A stretch of DNA of 60,283 nt, counting the filler, from Nemertoderma westbladi (taxonomy: Eukaryota > Animalia > Xenacoelomorpha), in NCBI GenBank assembly GCA_032718475.1. It is 3 parts of 3 records of this genome, joined end to end, with 100 filler letters (N's around TTAATTAATTAA, not from the genome) between each part and the next. Parts side by side here need not be neighbours in the genome. Positions count along the whole stretch, not along the records: positions 1 to 22,588 come from JAUCBJ010002616.1; positions 22,689 to 50,266 come from JAUCBJ010006546.1; 1 more part is not named here. The stretch is one strand, 5' to 3'. The number at the start of each line of letters is the position of its first letter. Positions within the stretch are counted from its first letter, which is position 1. Positions 13,801-26,895 of this stretch are shown here, one piece after another. The notes under the pieces were generated by a model. It worked only from the letters and a program-made list of their open reading frames with translations. It did no database searches and was not told the origin of the DNA. The position numbers and the translations under genes are program-made.

Positions 13801-14949
13801 GACTGGGTAGTGTATATCTGTATAGATATCACATAATTCTGTCCTTATCTGATCTGATCTGATATGACAGCATCTGATCCTATAACCAATCAGGAGAAAG
13901 AGATATAATATTTACCTAACTGTCTGTTAGGTAAATAGCCAATACTGCAATAGCAGAATAGGGGATCATGTTTCACGTCGCCCTGTTACGTATCAGTATC
14001 ATCATATGACGTAGTAGTACAGGCATACCGGTATTAGGGCGGTGCGTTTTTTACTTTTTTTTCGATTTCATTGTTCTACCGGTGCACAAAAGTTGCCAAA
14101 TGGTAAAAATATGAGGCAAAACAAATTTCTTTAAATTTCGTCTATATCGCTTCATGGATCCCAAGATGGTTGAAATTTTGAGGCATCGCGATGCGCCATA
14201 ATTAAATTTATAGCAATATAACACATTAATGAAAGATCAATGACTCAAGAAAGAACTTCCTGCATGCATGAAATGTCATCAAAGGGGTCCAAACTTAGTT
14301 AGATACCAACATTTTAATTTTTGGATCAAGGGAACTAGTGCCACAGGCACATGGACAGAACCTACAGTACCGTTTGGCGCAAGTGGTGATAATTATCAAT
14401 TTTCGCGATAGCCAACTTTGAGTTATCCTACTACATTAATATTATGCTCATTAGAACCGCAATGACCGATTTAGTGGGGGTTGACACCTTCAAAATAAAC
14501 GTAGAGCGAATAGTTCTTGAAATATCGCTGAAAATGCGTAAGTCCGGCACAAGTCTACATTACCACCTTGATGCGATATGGATAAATCCTCCAAAAATTT
14601 TATTTTGAATTATCTCAAGGAATCAAGAATAGACACATCGCTGCAACAAGTTGATTTAGTGTATACAGACACCTTCAAAATTAAAGAGTAGTGATTAATT
14701 CACTATACAGTAGTTTTTGTACAAAATGTATGGAATGGGTCAACTCAATATCAAGTATTAATTAAAGTAAATAAAGTAATTTTTGTTCGGCCACTAGGCC
14801 AGGGATTACGCACAAAGTCTGACGACTTATTTCCAGTGCGGTACCCCCAGAACTTTACTCCCCAGAGGAAACTCAAGTACTCATTTAGCTACCACTTAAG
14901 GATGCAAGGCAGAGATGCGCCCTGGCTGGTCCCTTTAAAGCATTCGTGC

Positions 14950-15043
14950 CGAAACGAAAACTGCCCTGGCCCATGTGAGGATCGAACTCACGACCTACAG
15001 GAGATGTGAATTCAATGCAACCATTACACCAAGGTGGAACAGT
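14950..15043 (-). mobile_element. tRNA-derived SINE head
   Basis: On the minus strand, A-box TGGTGTAATGG and B-box GAGTTCGATCC. A near-identical copy lies at 50067-50157. Confidence 0.7.
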
Positions 15044-15616
15044 CTTATAGTGGATATAGTCTTGACATTTTGTAAAATAACTCAAGAACTAATGACTTTA
15101 CTCTTATTTTAAAGGTGTCGACACCCACTACATCGATCATTTCTGTGATGTGTCTATTCTTGATTCCTTTAGATAATTCAAGTTATCATTTTTAGTGTAT
15201 TTGTCCATATCACATCAACGCGGTAATGTAGACTTGTGCCGGACTTCACATTTTCTGCAATATCTCAAGAACTATTCGCTCTACGTTTGTTTTGAAGTTG
15301 TCTACCCCCACTAAATCGGACATTGCGGTTCTAATGAATGAGCATAATATTCATGCAGTAGGAGAACTCAAAGTTGGCTATCGCGAAAATTTAGAATTAT
15401 CACCACTTGCGCCAAATGGTAGGTTCTGGCCATGTGCCTGTGGCACTAGTTCCCTTGATCCAAAAATTAAAATTTTGGTATCTAACTAAGTTTGGACCCA
15501 TTTGATGCATGCAGGAAGTTCTTTCTTGAGTCATTGATCTTTCATTAATGTGTTATATTGTTATAATTTTAATTGTGGTGCATCGGAAGGCTCAAAATTT
15601 CAACCCCCTTGGGATC

Positions 15617-16819
15617 TGTAAAAGCTTTTGCGGAATTGGCTGGTTATTTTCCCCGCAAAGTACTCTGTAGTTGGTTTGACGGGCATAAAAGGCCGTTTCA
15701 TTACTGTACTGGTGTTTTAGTGGACATAAAAAGCCATTTCTTCTGTATGTGTACTTTAGCTTACATAACTAGCAATTTTATGTCGCAATACGCTAAAATC
15801 CTCTTGACACAGTGTAGTTACTATGACGACAGCTAACAGCTGATCTGTACACGTGTAGCTTTTCCTTTGTCTCTTTGTTCGGACAACCAATCACAGCGAT
15901 TCTCCTGTTATTTGTACAGAAACCTCCGGGAAATCGCGCAATGCATTACTGTTTATGTTTACCTTTTTTCCTGATGCCAGAAGACCGGCTTTGGAATCTC
16001 TGTGTTTTCAGGCTTTAGCCAAACATTAGTAGGCTTGATCATCGAAACGTATATCTGTTATCAAACAAACCACACATATCATACCATTACAAACCAAACC
16101 ATATCACTACATACTTACTGTTTATTCAACTACAAACACCGCATTTTTACTGCTATTTACTGTCGGTCATTAATTATATCAGTTGATGGAATATTATTAT
16201 ATTGGATAATATCGATAAATTAATTATAAAACCCTCAATCTTCTTGATATACTGAAGGTAAGAGAGACCGGTTACATATAACAATTGCAACTTACATTAA
16301 AGTGGTTTTGGAGTGAATCTAATGCTATTTCATAGGCACTACATGAGTCGGTTACTGTTCTCTTTATATGTAACTAAAATTACTGAAGGTCGGCATATCA
16401 GTGTGCAGTATTGTGTAGTAGTGTGCAGGATTGTGATTGATAACAAAGCATCTCCTAAAGAATGCGCTTTATACGTGAATCCATAGCCATCCCGTTGTGT
16501 CTAGTATAAGTCATAACTCTGTTTACATATTTAGAGCGCCACGTCCTAAAGGAACTGTTAATATTTACCGAAAGTGAATAATATTGGTCAGAAATTATAT
16601 CCTAACGATCAGTCGAATAATACAGTAGGCCTACATCGCAATAAGGTCAAGCTTCCGAATCCAGTCTCCCGGGTATATCCAGCGGGTGAATGGTCGCGCA
16701 TAGACGGGCTTCGGCTAATGTAGTGTATAAAATATTCGTCATAGGCTAAAGTCGATTTATAATCTAGAAGACATCTAAATTTGGCAGGTTAAACTGCTAA
16801 AGGTCTGAAAGCGCGAACA
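15617..16819. mobile_element. Probable solo LTR (1.2 kb) inserted in the right arm of the foldback element
   Basis: TGT...ACA termini with perfect 5-bp TSD GGATC (15612-15616, 16820-16824). Removing it restores the inverted arm. Confidence 0.75.
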
Positions 16820-17269
16820 GGATCCATCAAGATATAAATGAAATTTAGAGAAATTTACCTTAATTTTTTACCATTTGGCAACTTTTGCGCACCGGTAGAA
16901 CAACGAAATCGAAAAAAAGTAAAAAACGCACCACCCTATCCGGTATGCATCCAATGCACCAAGGCAAGGCATGTTATATATTAAAAGGATGGCGGGTATA
17001 AATAAATAATATATATATAAACAAATCTTTCTTGTTAATAGTTATCATTATTAATAGTTAAAGTTAATTATATTAATTATAATTAATATTATTAATTAAA
17101 ATAATACATTTAAAATATTTGTTTGTTTGTTACGCTAAAGGGAAGGCAGGAAGGGGTATCTCTCTACTGTGTATATGGCGAAACACTTAACATGCCCCAT
17201 ATTGCCAGCAGATACAGTGGAGTGAAGGCGATGATGAAGGAATATGGGAAGGTGTATGGGTATGTGGGG

Positions 17270-17505
17270 ATCAATAAACGCTGTTGTTAACTTCCAATTT
17301 AAGGAAAAGAGCAGGTTACAGCGGCTGCAATTTCTAACTAAAACAATAAACGACGTTGCTACCTACAAATTGAGGGAAAGGAGCAGTATACAGAAACAGG
17401 GTTTTCTAACCAAAACAATAAACGATTTTGTTACCTAACAATTGAGGGAAAGGAAAATGTTACCTTACCGCCGCTGACTTTTCTAACCAAAACAATAAAC
17501 AACCA
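17270..17505 (+). repeat. Short degenerate tandem repeat (~65-bp unit, TTCTAACCAAAACAATAAAC...AGGGAAAGG)
   Basis: Motif at ~17331, 17404, 17481. Related motifs occur at ~31625-31670 and, inverted, at ~30800-30850. Confidence 0.6.
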
Positions 17506-18184
17506 TCCGGCCACCTTCCCACATTCCCATCCGCCCATTCCCCATGTGGCAATAATAGGTTGATAAATAATTAGCATAAACGTAATTAGTTAAGTACTAC
17601 AGTATTAGTAGTAAGAAGATTGTGATATCGTGTTAAAGTGAATTGGGAAAGCAATCACCTGTAGTTGTTTAATTAGAGCCCTAAGTGTGTAAGTGTAATG
17701 TGGGGAGAGGGAGATTGCGTGATGTGTATAGTGTAGGTTGAAGTGAGAGAGAATATCGATACTTTGTATTTATTTATTTAACAATCACTATATTATTATT
17801 GTGAGAGTATATTACATTTGTATTTAACTGATTTATTGTATATACTGTATCAACATAAATATACACTATCAGTCTATACACCTCCACCACGTCCTACCTA
17901 CACCACTATCGTTGCCAGGCAACACTATTTACAAAATTTACTGATTTATTACATTACATTATATATATACTGTATATAGGCATATATATTTAGTCAAACT
18001 CAGCTTTTGTTTACACCCACCTTCTTACTAACCGTTCGACTGACTGATCAATAGATCATCCCCCTCAAAAAATAAAGGACGTCGCGCACGCACTTAATAA
18101 AGATTAATTTAAAAAAATAAAAAATCGACATGTATAAAATTGCAATAAAAAGGTATTATATAGATGATCCTGGTATTCTTCACA

Positions 18185-18695
18185 TGGGCCGTCACCAAAA
18201 TTTGGCACTCGCCGCGCCGCTAAAAACAAGTTTAAAATTTCTAGCTTATTTTATATGAATTCCATCATAGAACCCTCACAAATCCGTATAACGCAAGAAA
18301 CCCCATACTTCCGAAAAATACAAGTTTGAGATGTATAGTTATTTAGATAAATATTTATTTCATTGAATTCAGAGCCCCCATAAACCACTACAATGTAAGA
18401 TATGACTATGAGTTGTCACAATCAATTGAACTATTGAATGAATTTTCAAAATTTCTTGCTGGCACCAAACTTTGCACACAGCACCGAAAAATACAACGTT
18501 GATGATATGCCTGGTGCAATTCATATATATTCCAACGAAACTAGAACGCCTAAAACTCCTATTGCGGAAAAAACAGCTTCAAATAATCAATTTACAAAAT
18601 TGAAATATTTCAAAATTTGGGGCTGGCACCAAAATTTGGCACCCGCCGCTAAAAACAAGATTACAATTTCTAGCTTATTTTATATGATTTCCTTT
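18185..18695 (-). mobile_element. Fragment of the piggyBac-type family's internal ~163-bp repeats
   Basis: CACCAAAATTTGGCAC and CCGAAAAATACAAGTTTGAG are reverse complements of units in 27220-27935. Confidence 0.65.
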
Positions 18696-19129
18696 TAGTT
18701 AGTTTCAGTTAGTCTTTTAGTTAGTAGCGTTAGTTTCAGAGGGGGAGGTGTTATAGGGGGTGTATATATAGGTGAGGTACAGTATTATAGAGGATGCATG
18801 TGTATAGTATAATTAGCATTAGCACTTGGCCTACAGCTATAAAGTGTATACTGTTTGCTGTTAGAATCTTCTATTAATCTGTTAATGCTCTATACTATAC
18901 AATTGTACAGTTAGTACAAAAATTAATTATTAAATAATTAGGTAATTAATTGCTGACAAACAGAGTGTTCATGTTGATCAAGAAAATATCGGGCAAAGTT
19001 GTCCCACACAAGGCAAAGTAGCCCTATTTTAAAGCACGTTTAACCCTTGTGTACCCCTTTGTTTCTCAAACATATGATTCCTCTTTGAGGTCAATCTTGA
19101 CCTCATGTAAAATGCAGGAATGAGAGTGT

Positions 19130-19372
19130 AGGTCCAAAAAAAACTTATTGTCGAATTTCAACTCAGTTCGCACATCATATGTCATCAAATGGGCCCAAAC
19201 TTCGATAGATACCAAAATTTTGATTTGGGGATGACGCGGGAAATTTTCCCACAGGCACATGGCCTCTTCCTTCCCGCCCTTGGCGCAACTGAGTCATATT
19301 CCCCATTTTTGTGATGATCAATTTCTATTACTCCTTCTGCATTGATATTATGCTCATTAGAACCGCAATTTT
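19130..19372 (+). mobile_element. Diverged fragment related to the foldback-element arm
   Basis: ATGTCATCAAA...CCCACAGGCACATGG...ATTATGCTCATTAGAACCGCAAT matches 14273-14463. Confidence 0.6.
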
Positions 19373-19889
19373 CCCACTAGTTTCCCCAGCTCGATTTAGG
19401 TGCTCCAGTCTTAGTGGTGCTTGCTTTGGTCTCTCCAGCTCCCATGTTTTTATCGGTCTTATTTGATTAATGGGTCCTACAATCTTATTTTTTGTCATTA
19501 AGTTATTTTTTATATTGTCATGCCGCAGGCAAGTGAATTGAAAAACCCCACGAAGCGGTCTACTGTACCTACAAACTGCAGTCAGTGACCAGCAGAGGTC
19601 AGTTAGAAAATGAAGTTATGAAATGGAGAAGTTTAGTTTAGGTAATGAATGAGACATATTATGTACTGTATAAAAACTAACCGCATGGGAAAAGGGGAAA
19701 ACTTCTTGGTGATTTATTATTACGCATCACGCAGGCAAAATTTAGCAATACTAGCAATGCTACTGCTTTCTCTTGCCACTTCGCATTACATTACAGCTAC
19801 AACATTATTATAGTACTCAGTTATAAGCTCAGTTCTAGAACGCACTGTGAAATTAGGTTATCGTTTCTAAATTTAAAGTTTAGTATAAT

Positions 19890-21720
19890 GGGGTAGACGA
19901 CTCGGAAATATTTTTTCGAGTTTTCGTTGGTTTCATGTGAAAGAGCATGTGAAAAAACTCCAGAGAGCAATTTTACTTCAAAAAAATTAATATTTGCCGT
20001 GTTATAGCGATTTTAAAACGCAAAATTAGCAACATCGAAAAATCAGGCCGTTTCAGAAAACTGCACGAGTGACGTCAGCCATAACACAGCAACAGTCGTC
20101 AAGCGCAGTGGATTGGCTAATATAAAGTATAATATTGCAGTATCTAAAATAAAACAAATAATAAATGTAGCTATGTATTTATTTGGATGTGTATTTGTGT
20201 TGTGTTAAGAATCGATTATAGGATAGCGGCATGGAGGCAAATTATTCATATCAAGTTAATTATTCTAGAATAATATTGATTTCGCCCATACCTGTACCAT
20301 AGAGCTGTAGCTAAAAACAAATATAGCTAGCTAAATACTGCCAGGCGTTTCATTAATCTATTTTTTAATTGTTTTTACAGCGAACAATGCGGGATGGGTA
20401 GATTAGCACTAGATGGTAATTTTTTTTTTTTTTGTCGGTTCACTGTAAAGTGTTACTGGTACTGTACTAGTGTTGCCCGTGTCACCATTATTCTGCCTTT
20501 AATAATAGCTGTATTTGGTTTGACATCCAAAAATATCAAAATACCAAAAAATACCAAAACATAATGTTTTGGGCTATAGGTTTATGTTCTTGACATATTT
20601 TGGCTAGTTACATTTGAAAAAAAAAATGTTTTAAAGAAAATAAAAACAAATGTTTGTGATAGCTAGTGTTTTCAATGGTATGTACTGTTTTAATATTGTA
20701 GCTAGTGTTTTTATAAAATTCCACAAAATCTTATTTTTTGATGCCATTTCAGATGCCATTACACCAACGCATGTGGTAGAAGTAAAATGTCCAACATCAA
20801 AACATGCCATTCAAGAATCGTATATTATCACAATCGAATATCGTAAGTGATAAATTCATGGCACAAATCCAACTTAAAATGCTTCCAATCCATCTTTTGA
20901 AATGAATGGCGAAGTGAAAATAGTTGAAGTATCATATGATTCCATATACATGCAAAGTTTACTGAAAAGTAGTCCTAGCTTCTGGAAGGAATATATATTT
21001 CCCAAAATTGTGAAAAAATAGATAATTAAAAATGTAAATTATACAGTAGTTATAGTTCAACTAAATTCTGATTAATGCTGATTGTATTGAGATGGCAGCT
21101 GAAGATATTTTTACTACGTCATCCATTACAGCTACACATTGACTAACTATCAACTATCAATTGGAATTCAATAATTTAAGTTGTATAAAAATAATTACAA
21201 TCGAAAAAGTGCGAATCCACAATCTAATCCAAAGTAATCTAAGTTTTGAAGCTTAATAAAACATTAATAAGCTACTGGATTTCTACCACCTGGCAGTTTT
21301 AGCTACAAAATATGTTTTATTTTAATAGCTAACAACTGTATAGTTTGGGAAAAATAAGTATTATTCTGGAATAATTAACTTGTCATGAATCAATTTCCAC
21401 ATTAAGATATCAAATAATGTATTCTTAACACAACACAAAAACACACTAAATAAATATTAGCTACACAATTTATTTTAGTTACTAAGAGATTTATATTGTA
21501 TAGTAACCAATGAACATTTACTGCTGCACTAGTGACGTCACTAGTGCAGTTTTCTGAAACGGCCTGATTTTTCGATGTTGCTAATTTTGCGTTTTAAAAT
21601 CGCTATAACTCGGCCAATATTAATTTTTTTAAAGTAAAATTGCTCTCTGGGGTTTTTTCACATGCTCTTTCACATGAAACCAACGAAAACTCGAAAAAAA
21701 TTTTCCGAGTCGTCTACCCC
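19890..21720. mobile_element. Internally deleted ISL2EU-like DNA transposon
   Basis: Long TIRs (GGGGTAGACGACTCGGAAA..., >190 bp near-perfect, degenerate to ~390 bp) with AT TSD. The + strand remnant DAITPTHVVEVKCP...AQIQL...FWKEYIFPK is YqaJ-like. The convergent minus-strand MDDVVKISSAAISIQSALIRI* resembles a DDE transposase C-terminus. Confidence 0.75.
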
Positions 21721-21948
21721 ATTAGCTACAACTACAACTACAGTACCTACTCACTTGAATAGAAGTTCCAATACAAAATCTCTTGCGATGTGTCGAGAGT
21801 TGGTTGTAAAACCGAAATGACATTCCGCAGTCTGGGCAGACCAATCGTTCGCCCGGTTTATAGTAGCGAAAAGAATTTGTATCCGCCATCTATTTATGCT
21901 AAAAGTTTCTTAACCAATTAAACTTCCAGCAATTGTTATGATGTTGTA

Positions 21949-22295
21949 TGTAAACAAGCGATACACACCGGTACAGTAAACAAGCGATACACACCGGTAC
22001 AGTAAACAAGCGATACACACCGGTACAGTAAACAAGCGATACACACCGGTACAGTAAACAAGCGATACACACCGGTACAGTAAACAAGCGATACACACCG
22101 GTACAGTAAACAAGCGATACACACCGGTACAGTAAACAAGCGATACACACCGGTACAGTAAACAAGCGATACACACCGGTACAGTAAACAAGCGATACAC
22201 ACCGGTACAGTAAACAAGCGATACACACCGGTACAGTAAACAAGCGATACACACCGGTACAGTAAACAAGCGATACACACCTGTACAGTAAACAG
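21949..22295. repeat. Tandem repeat, 26-bp unit GTAAACAAGCGATACACACCGGTACA, ~13 nearly perfect copies
   Basis: Directly visible, with no spacers between units. Confidence 0.97.
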
Positions 22296-22588
22296 TTCAG
22301 TATATTTTTTATAATTCGAAAAAATTATGATTAATTTAATGTATAACACGTTTATTTATAATAAATGTTTAATCAAAGAAATAGCTAATATGAAGTTAGA
22401 TTTAAAACATTTAAATTTATTACCGATAATTAATAAATTCAATAAGATATTATGACGCAGATTAGGATCTATTTACTACACCAGGAAAATCAATTAGAGC
22501 CACTTCGTTGCCAGCAAAGGGTTCCTCCCTATTGTATACATCCATCGTGGCCAAACCAATTTCTCAAACCTCATTGGGTAATTATAAC

Positions 22589-22688
22589 NNNNNNNNNNNN
22601 NNNNNNNNNNNNNNNNNNNNNNNNNNNNNNNNTTAATTAATTAANNNNNNNNNNNNNNNNNNNNNNNNNNNNNNNNNNNNNNNNNNNN
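22589..22688. other. Assembly gap (N44-TTAATTAATTAA-N44 spacer)
   Basis: 100-bp gap with an all-frame stop linker. An identical construct sits at 50267-50366. Confidence 0.95.
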
Positions 22689-23130
22689 GAATACGTATAT
22701 GAATACGTATACGAATACGTATATTAATACGTATATGAATACGTATATGAATACGTATACGAATACGTATACGAATACGTATATGAATACGTATATGAAT
22801 ACGTATATGAATACGTATACGTATACGAATACGTATATTAATAGTATACGAATACGTATATGAATACGTATACGAATACGTATATGAATACGTATACGAA
22901 TACGTATATGAATACGTATACGAATACGTATACGAATACGTATATGAATACGTATATGAAAACGTATATGAATACGTATACGAATACGTATATTAATACG
23001 TATACGAATACGTATATTAATACGTATACGAATACGTATATGAATACGTATACGAATACGTATATGAATACGTATACGAATTCATATATGAATACGTATA
23101 CGAATACGTATACGTATACGAATACGTATT
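22689..23130. repeat. 12-bp tandem repeat GAATACGTATAY
   Basis: Directly visible. It produces the NTY/YVF ORFs and abuts the gap. Confidence 0.97.
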
Positions 23131-24668
23131 TGAATGAGAATTCAGTGACTGAATGTGTCTTAGAATGATAGGCGTTGTTTTTCCAAATCATCTTGGCTAA
23201 AATGAGAAATGGGTGCATCACTCGGCTAACAATGTTGGTGCTAACTGTAACTCCAGAATAGTGTAAGAGTAACATGTGCAATCCCTTACAACAACAGTGG
23301 TATGTCTATGGTTTGTTAAAAGGTATAACTGCGCAGAATTACCAACAGTGTAAAATGTTCTATCTTTTTCTAAAAAGGTTTTCAGGCTCAGGTGCTAATA
23401 TCTGAATAGTAAGATAGTTGATTAATGTAATTAGCAACGACTATGTAATGATGCTTGGGAATCTATTCATTGGTTTTTAATTACATTTCGCCCACCAATA
23501 GCAAGGATATTGTTCGTTTTATTTAATTACATTTACACAACGAGTGTGGCGGATGAAATTAATTAAAATGAATATACTACATCAAGATTGTTAATCTTAT
23601 GAATTACTTTTTCTATTCAAATAATACGGTCAGTTGTAGGATGAGAAATTACTTGTACTACTTGTAGCTTACCTGTAAAATCCCCATTATTATACTTATG
23701 TATAGATAGATACTGTATAGATAGATATGTACATAAATTTTACTGGTTTCCATTTACCCCGCCTGGGGGTGTATCGAATTAATATAGATAGATACTGACC
23801 GTTTGTACTTCATATTAATTAGTTAATTATATTTCCCTAAAACTTTATTCTAATCAAAATATTTTAAAGAAATTAAGACAGAGTGCGGTAGGCCTTCTGA
23901 ACAATGTTAAAGTACTTAAAACATGACGACTCTCTGTTTCAAAATCCTATCCACACCATTTCCCCACGTAATAAAATAAAGTGTACAGTAACTGTTTACA
24001 GTGCCTTGTATATGTAAAGTCCAGTGAACCTCAAAGATGATGAGGATTTCCACAATTTTAGGTATATTTGAGAAAAATTTCCTATTGTGGTGTGTAGAGA
24101 AAAAGCGAGCAACCTTGAAGGACGTGAAGGTTGGATAACAGCGAAACGACAACATAGAGAAAACCTCCCGACCGAACAACGAACAGGATCGACCGGAAGC
24201 AATGCAATACACAAACGACGAGGAAATATTGCACAGAGGTTCAGTGATTTCGAGAGAAGGGAGGGAGGTTTAAAAAGTTATTAATTAGGCCTACATGAAA
24301 CCAAATAGCTTTATTCCCTTTTAACCCCACGATGAATAACAGACATTTTTCACTGACACTCACTCGGCAATTTGTACATTTACTGGTATTTGTTTTCATT
24401 GCAATTAATACAATTAGCCAAAAGAGACAGTTTCATTATCAAGGATAGTTAAAAAAACAAGGGGGCATGAGGGCCTCTCAAAATTCGTATCGACAACATT
24501 AGATCTGACTTAAATCAAACAATAAATACTGAATCTAGCGCCCTCTAAAAGAGGCCACAGACTCTTACATGTAAGTAGTAAAGATAATTACAAAGAAATT
24601 TAGAACTTTAGAAATATAGAAATTTCATGACAATGAATTTTATTATATATGAACCGAGATAACCATTT

Positions 24669-25345
24669 TCATCCTGGATATTTTGGAACCTCATACTGAA
24701 AGTTTTCTTGTGTATGTTTACTGAGTTGGGAGACAGTTAATCGGAGTAGCTTGAAGGCGTGGTGTAAAATCTGGTGATACATGATAAAATTTTCTGCATT
24801 TGGTACTGGAGAAAGATGTGGTGACATATTAGCTTCCATAAGGTAGACTTTATGCTCAGCATCTATATTGAAGTCAAATCTGGTAAACTCAAAGAAATGA
24901 TGAGGGGAAAGTTTAAGTGTTGCTGCTTTTGTTATCATATTAGTATAACTTTTAGAAACAACCGTAGCTATTATTTCGCAAATTTTCATCCAAATACTAT
25001 TGACATCCACTACCTAATCTGCTAAAATTTGATTCAAAAGGCGTCTACGTTTTTTGTCAAAACCTTCATATTCTCCCATGTATGCGGAGGATGAGGGCAT
25101 TTCCCACACTCAAAAAAAAAATGGTGTTTAATTATCTCCAAGTATGACATACTGACATATCGTTTGGGTCTAGCGGTTCGTGTGGAGACAAAGCAAACCG
25201 ACACTGACATTCAGCTTCGTAGACGTAAACACGTAGAGGATCAACTGATGCTATTAGGACATAGACGCCGATATCAAACTGATGTTCGTCTATCAGCAAT
25301 GGATGCCGAATAAATTCCTGAACAAACATCTCCTTAGCATTGACA
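24669..25345 (-). pseudogene. Tubulin-tyrosine-ligase-like (TTLL) ATP-grasp sequence, disrupted
   Basis: FVQEFIRHPLLIDEHQFDIGVYVLIASVDPLRVYVY and FFEFTRFDFNIDAEHKVYLMEANMSPHLS are TTL-family motifs. The linker 25010-25160 (…VWEMPSS…) contains in-frame stops and frameshifts. Confidence 0.78.
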
Positions 25346-26064
25346 GTTGAAAGTGTATGTATGGATATGTAAGGACAATATCCGAATAAATTATATAGCA
25401 AATTTCAAAAACAATAATAACGTAGATGTATCTCATTTATATTAAGACCTACTGCATTCAGGCTATCTTTATGATATATTCTCAATGTTTATTTAACCGA
25501 ATGACAATATAAATTGATATAATTTCTGAAACCGAACTTCATGTTAATAAACATGTTATTGGTTGGACATATTCCAGTTCGTTTCATACGTAAATTGTCA
25601 TTGTACAGGTTCTAGGTAAGGGAGTGGTGTCGGGAATGTATTTATGTATATCATTTTCTGTTTGTGTGAATTCCAGATATATAAAATAATAATATGATCT
25701 GTCAGACAAGACTGTCACTGCTTCATATAATAATAATAATAGATCTAACAAAATATAATGATAAATTTCCAGTGATCAGTTAGTTTTAAGCTGTTGTGGT
25801 TCCATTCTTGGGAGTGTCAATGAGTTGATATGTCATTATAATTACACATTAGGCAACTCGGAAGGTACCTTCACTTAACTTTGTTGTTATCGAGTTTAGA
25901 GAAATGTTTACTAAAGACTGTAAAGTGTGATTGAATACAATTAAGATCTTAATATCATATTCTATATTTATAACCTTAAAAAAAACTAGTGGAATTCAAT
26001 ACAGAGTATTATTTGTAATTTGGAAATAATGTATTTAAAAAAAATTATCTCAGAAACAAGCATC

Positions 26065-26245
26065 CTTGGGGCGAAGCCTTAGACCCCAGGGGCGAACCTT
26101 AAAATAATTGGGGCGAACATTTAGGTCCTAGGGGCAAACCCGTAGACCCCAGGGGTGAACCTTAAAATAATTGGTGCGAACCTTTAGATTCTTGGGGCAA
26201 ACCTTAGATCCCAGGGGCGAACCTTTAGATACATTGAGGGAACTT
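26065..26245 (+). repeat. Degenerate ~21-bp tandem repeat (GGGGCGAACCTT core)
   Basis: About 8 copies of the GGGGCGAA/GGGGCAAA core. Confidence 0.75.
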
Positions 26246-26895
26246 TTACGATGTACCATCCGAAACGGTTGAAGTTGTAGGGTTTTTGATGCCTTCTAAA
26301 TAACTCTAAACTAAGTAATAATTCAATCCTAGGAAGATCGTTTGGGCTAATTCAATAACCGAAACACTAATTATCAATATGTGGCATGTAATATACTACA
26401 ATATAATATGTCAATAATATAATATAATAATATATAGACAATAATATATGTCTGGAGAAGTCTGGGAAGTGGCCGCCCACCATTTGTGAAAATTCAAAAT
26501 GCCCATCCATAATTAATATTTAAATATAAATTTAATATCCAAAAATTAATATATAGATATTCCTATAAGGTATATAAAGTTAGCTAGGGGGTACATGTAT
26601 TAATTAGAACTTTGATGATCTAACAAGCCCCGAAAATTATTGCCTCTTTCCATATTTCTACTTTCCTGTATAATGTGGGGTGAGACACGTAGTTGGCGAG
26701 CCTTGGCATACGGTTCATATAGGGCAAATTAGGCCTGTCCTTCTGTCTGTCTGGTAAATGTTTGAACGCGAATATCTAGGCATCGCTGGTTCGAAATCGA
26801 ACCAAACTTAGTAGGTAAGTAGTAGGGGGAAAGTTTAGCAAATTTGCTAAAACACATGCAGTCTGACGTCAGCTACGACAGATTATGTGTTTTAA

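Larger units (their letters stand above)
14035..16938. mobile_element. Non-autonomous hAT-type (TAGGG-terminus) foldback element with ~700-bp inverted arms
   Basis: TIRs TAGGGCGGTGCGTTTTTTAC... and ...AAAAAACGCACCACCCTA. 8-bp TSD ACCGGTAT/TCCGGTAT (1 mismatch). Arm 14035-~14740 pairs with ~15060-15616 plus 16820-16938. Confidence 0.85.

Noticed and set aside
14950-15043. Possible tRNA genes (also 28370-28452, 50067-50157)
   Set aside because: A/B boxes are present but there is no convincing cloverleaf or acceptor stem; dispersed copies with shared downstream sequence indicate SINE heads.
17545-17925. Possible solo LTR (TGTGGC...GCAACA)
   Set aside because: No matching TSD found.
21899-22349. 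CRISPR-like 26-bp repeats and Cys-rich ORFs
   Set aside because: Units are contiguous with no unique spacers, there are no cas genes, and the context is eukaryotic.
22589-22688. TTAATTAATTAA island between N runs (also at 50267-50366)
   Set aside because: Identical 100-bp construct at both gaps: an artificial scaffolding linker, not biology.
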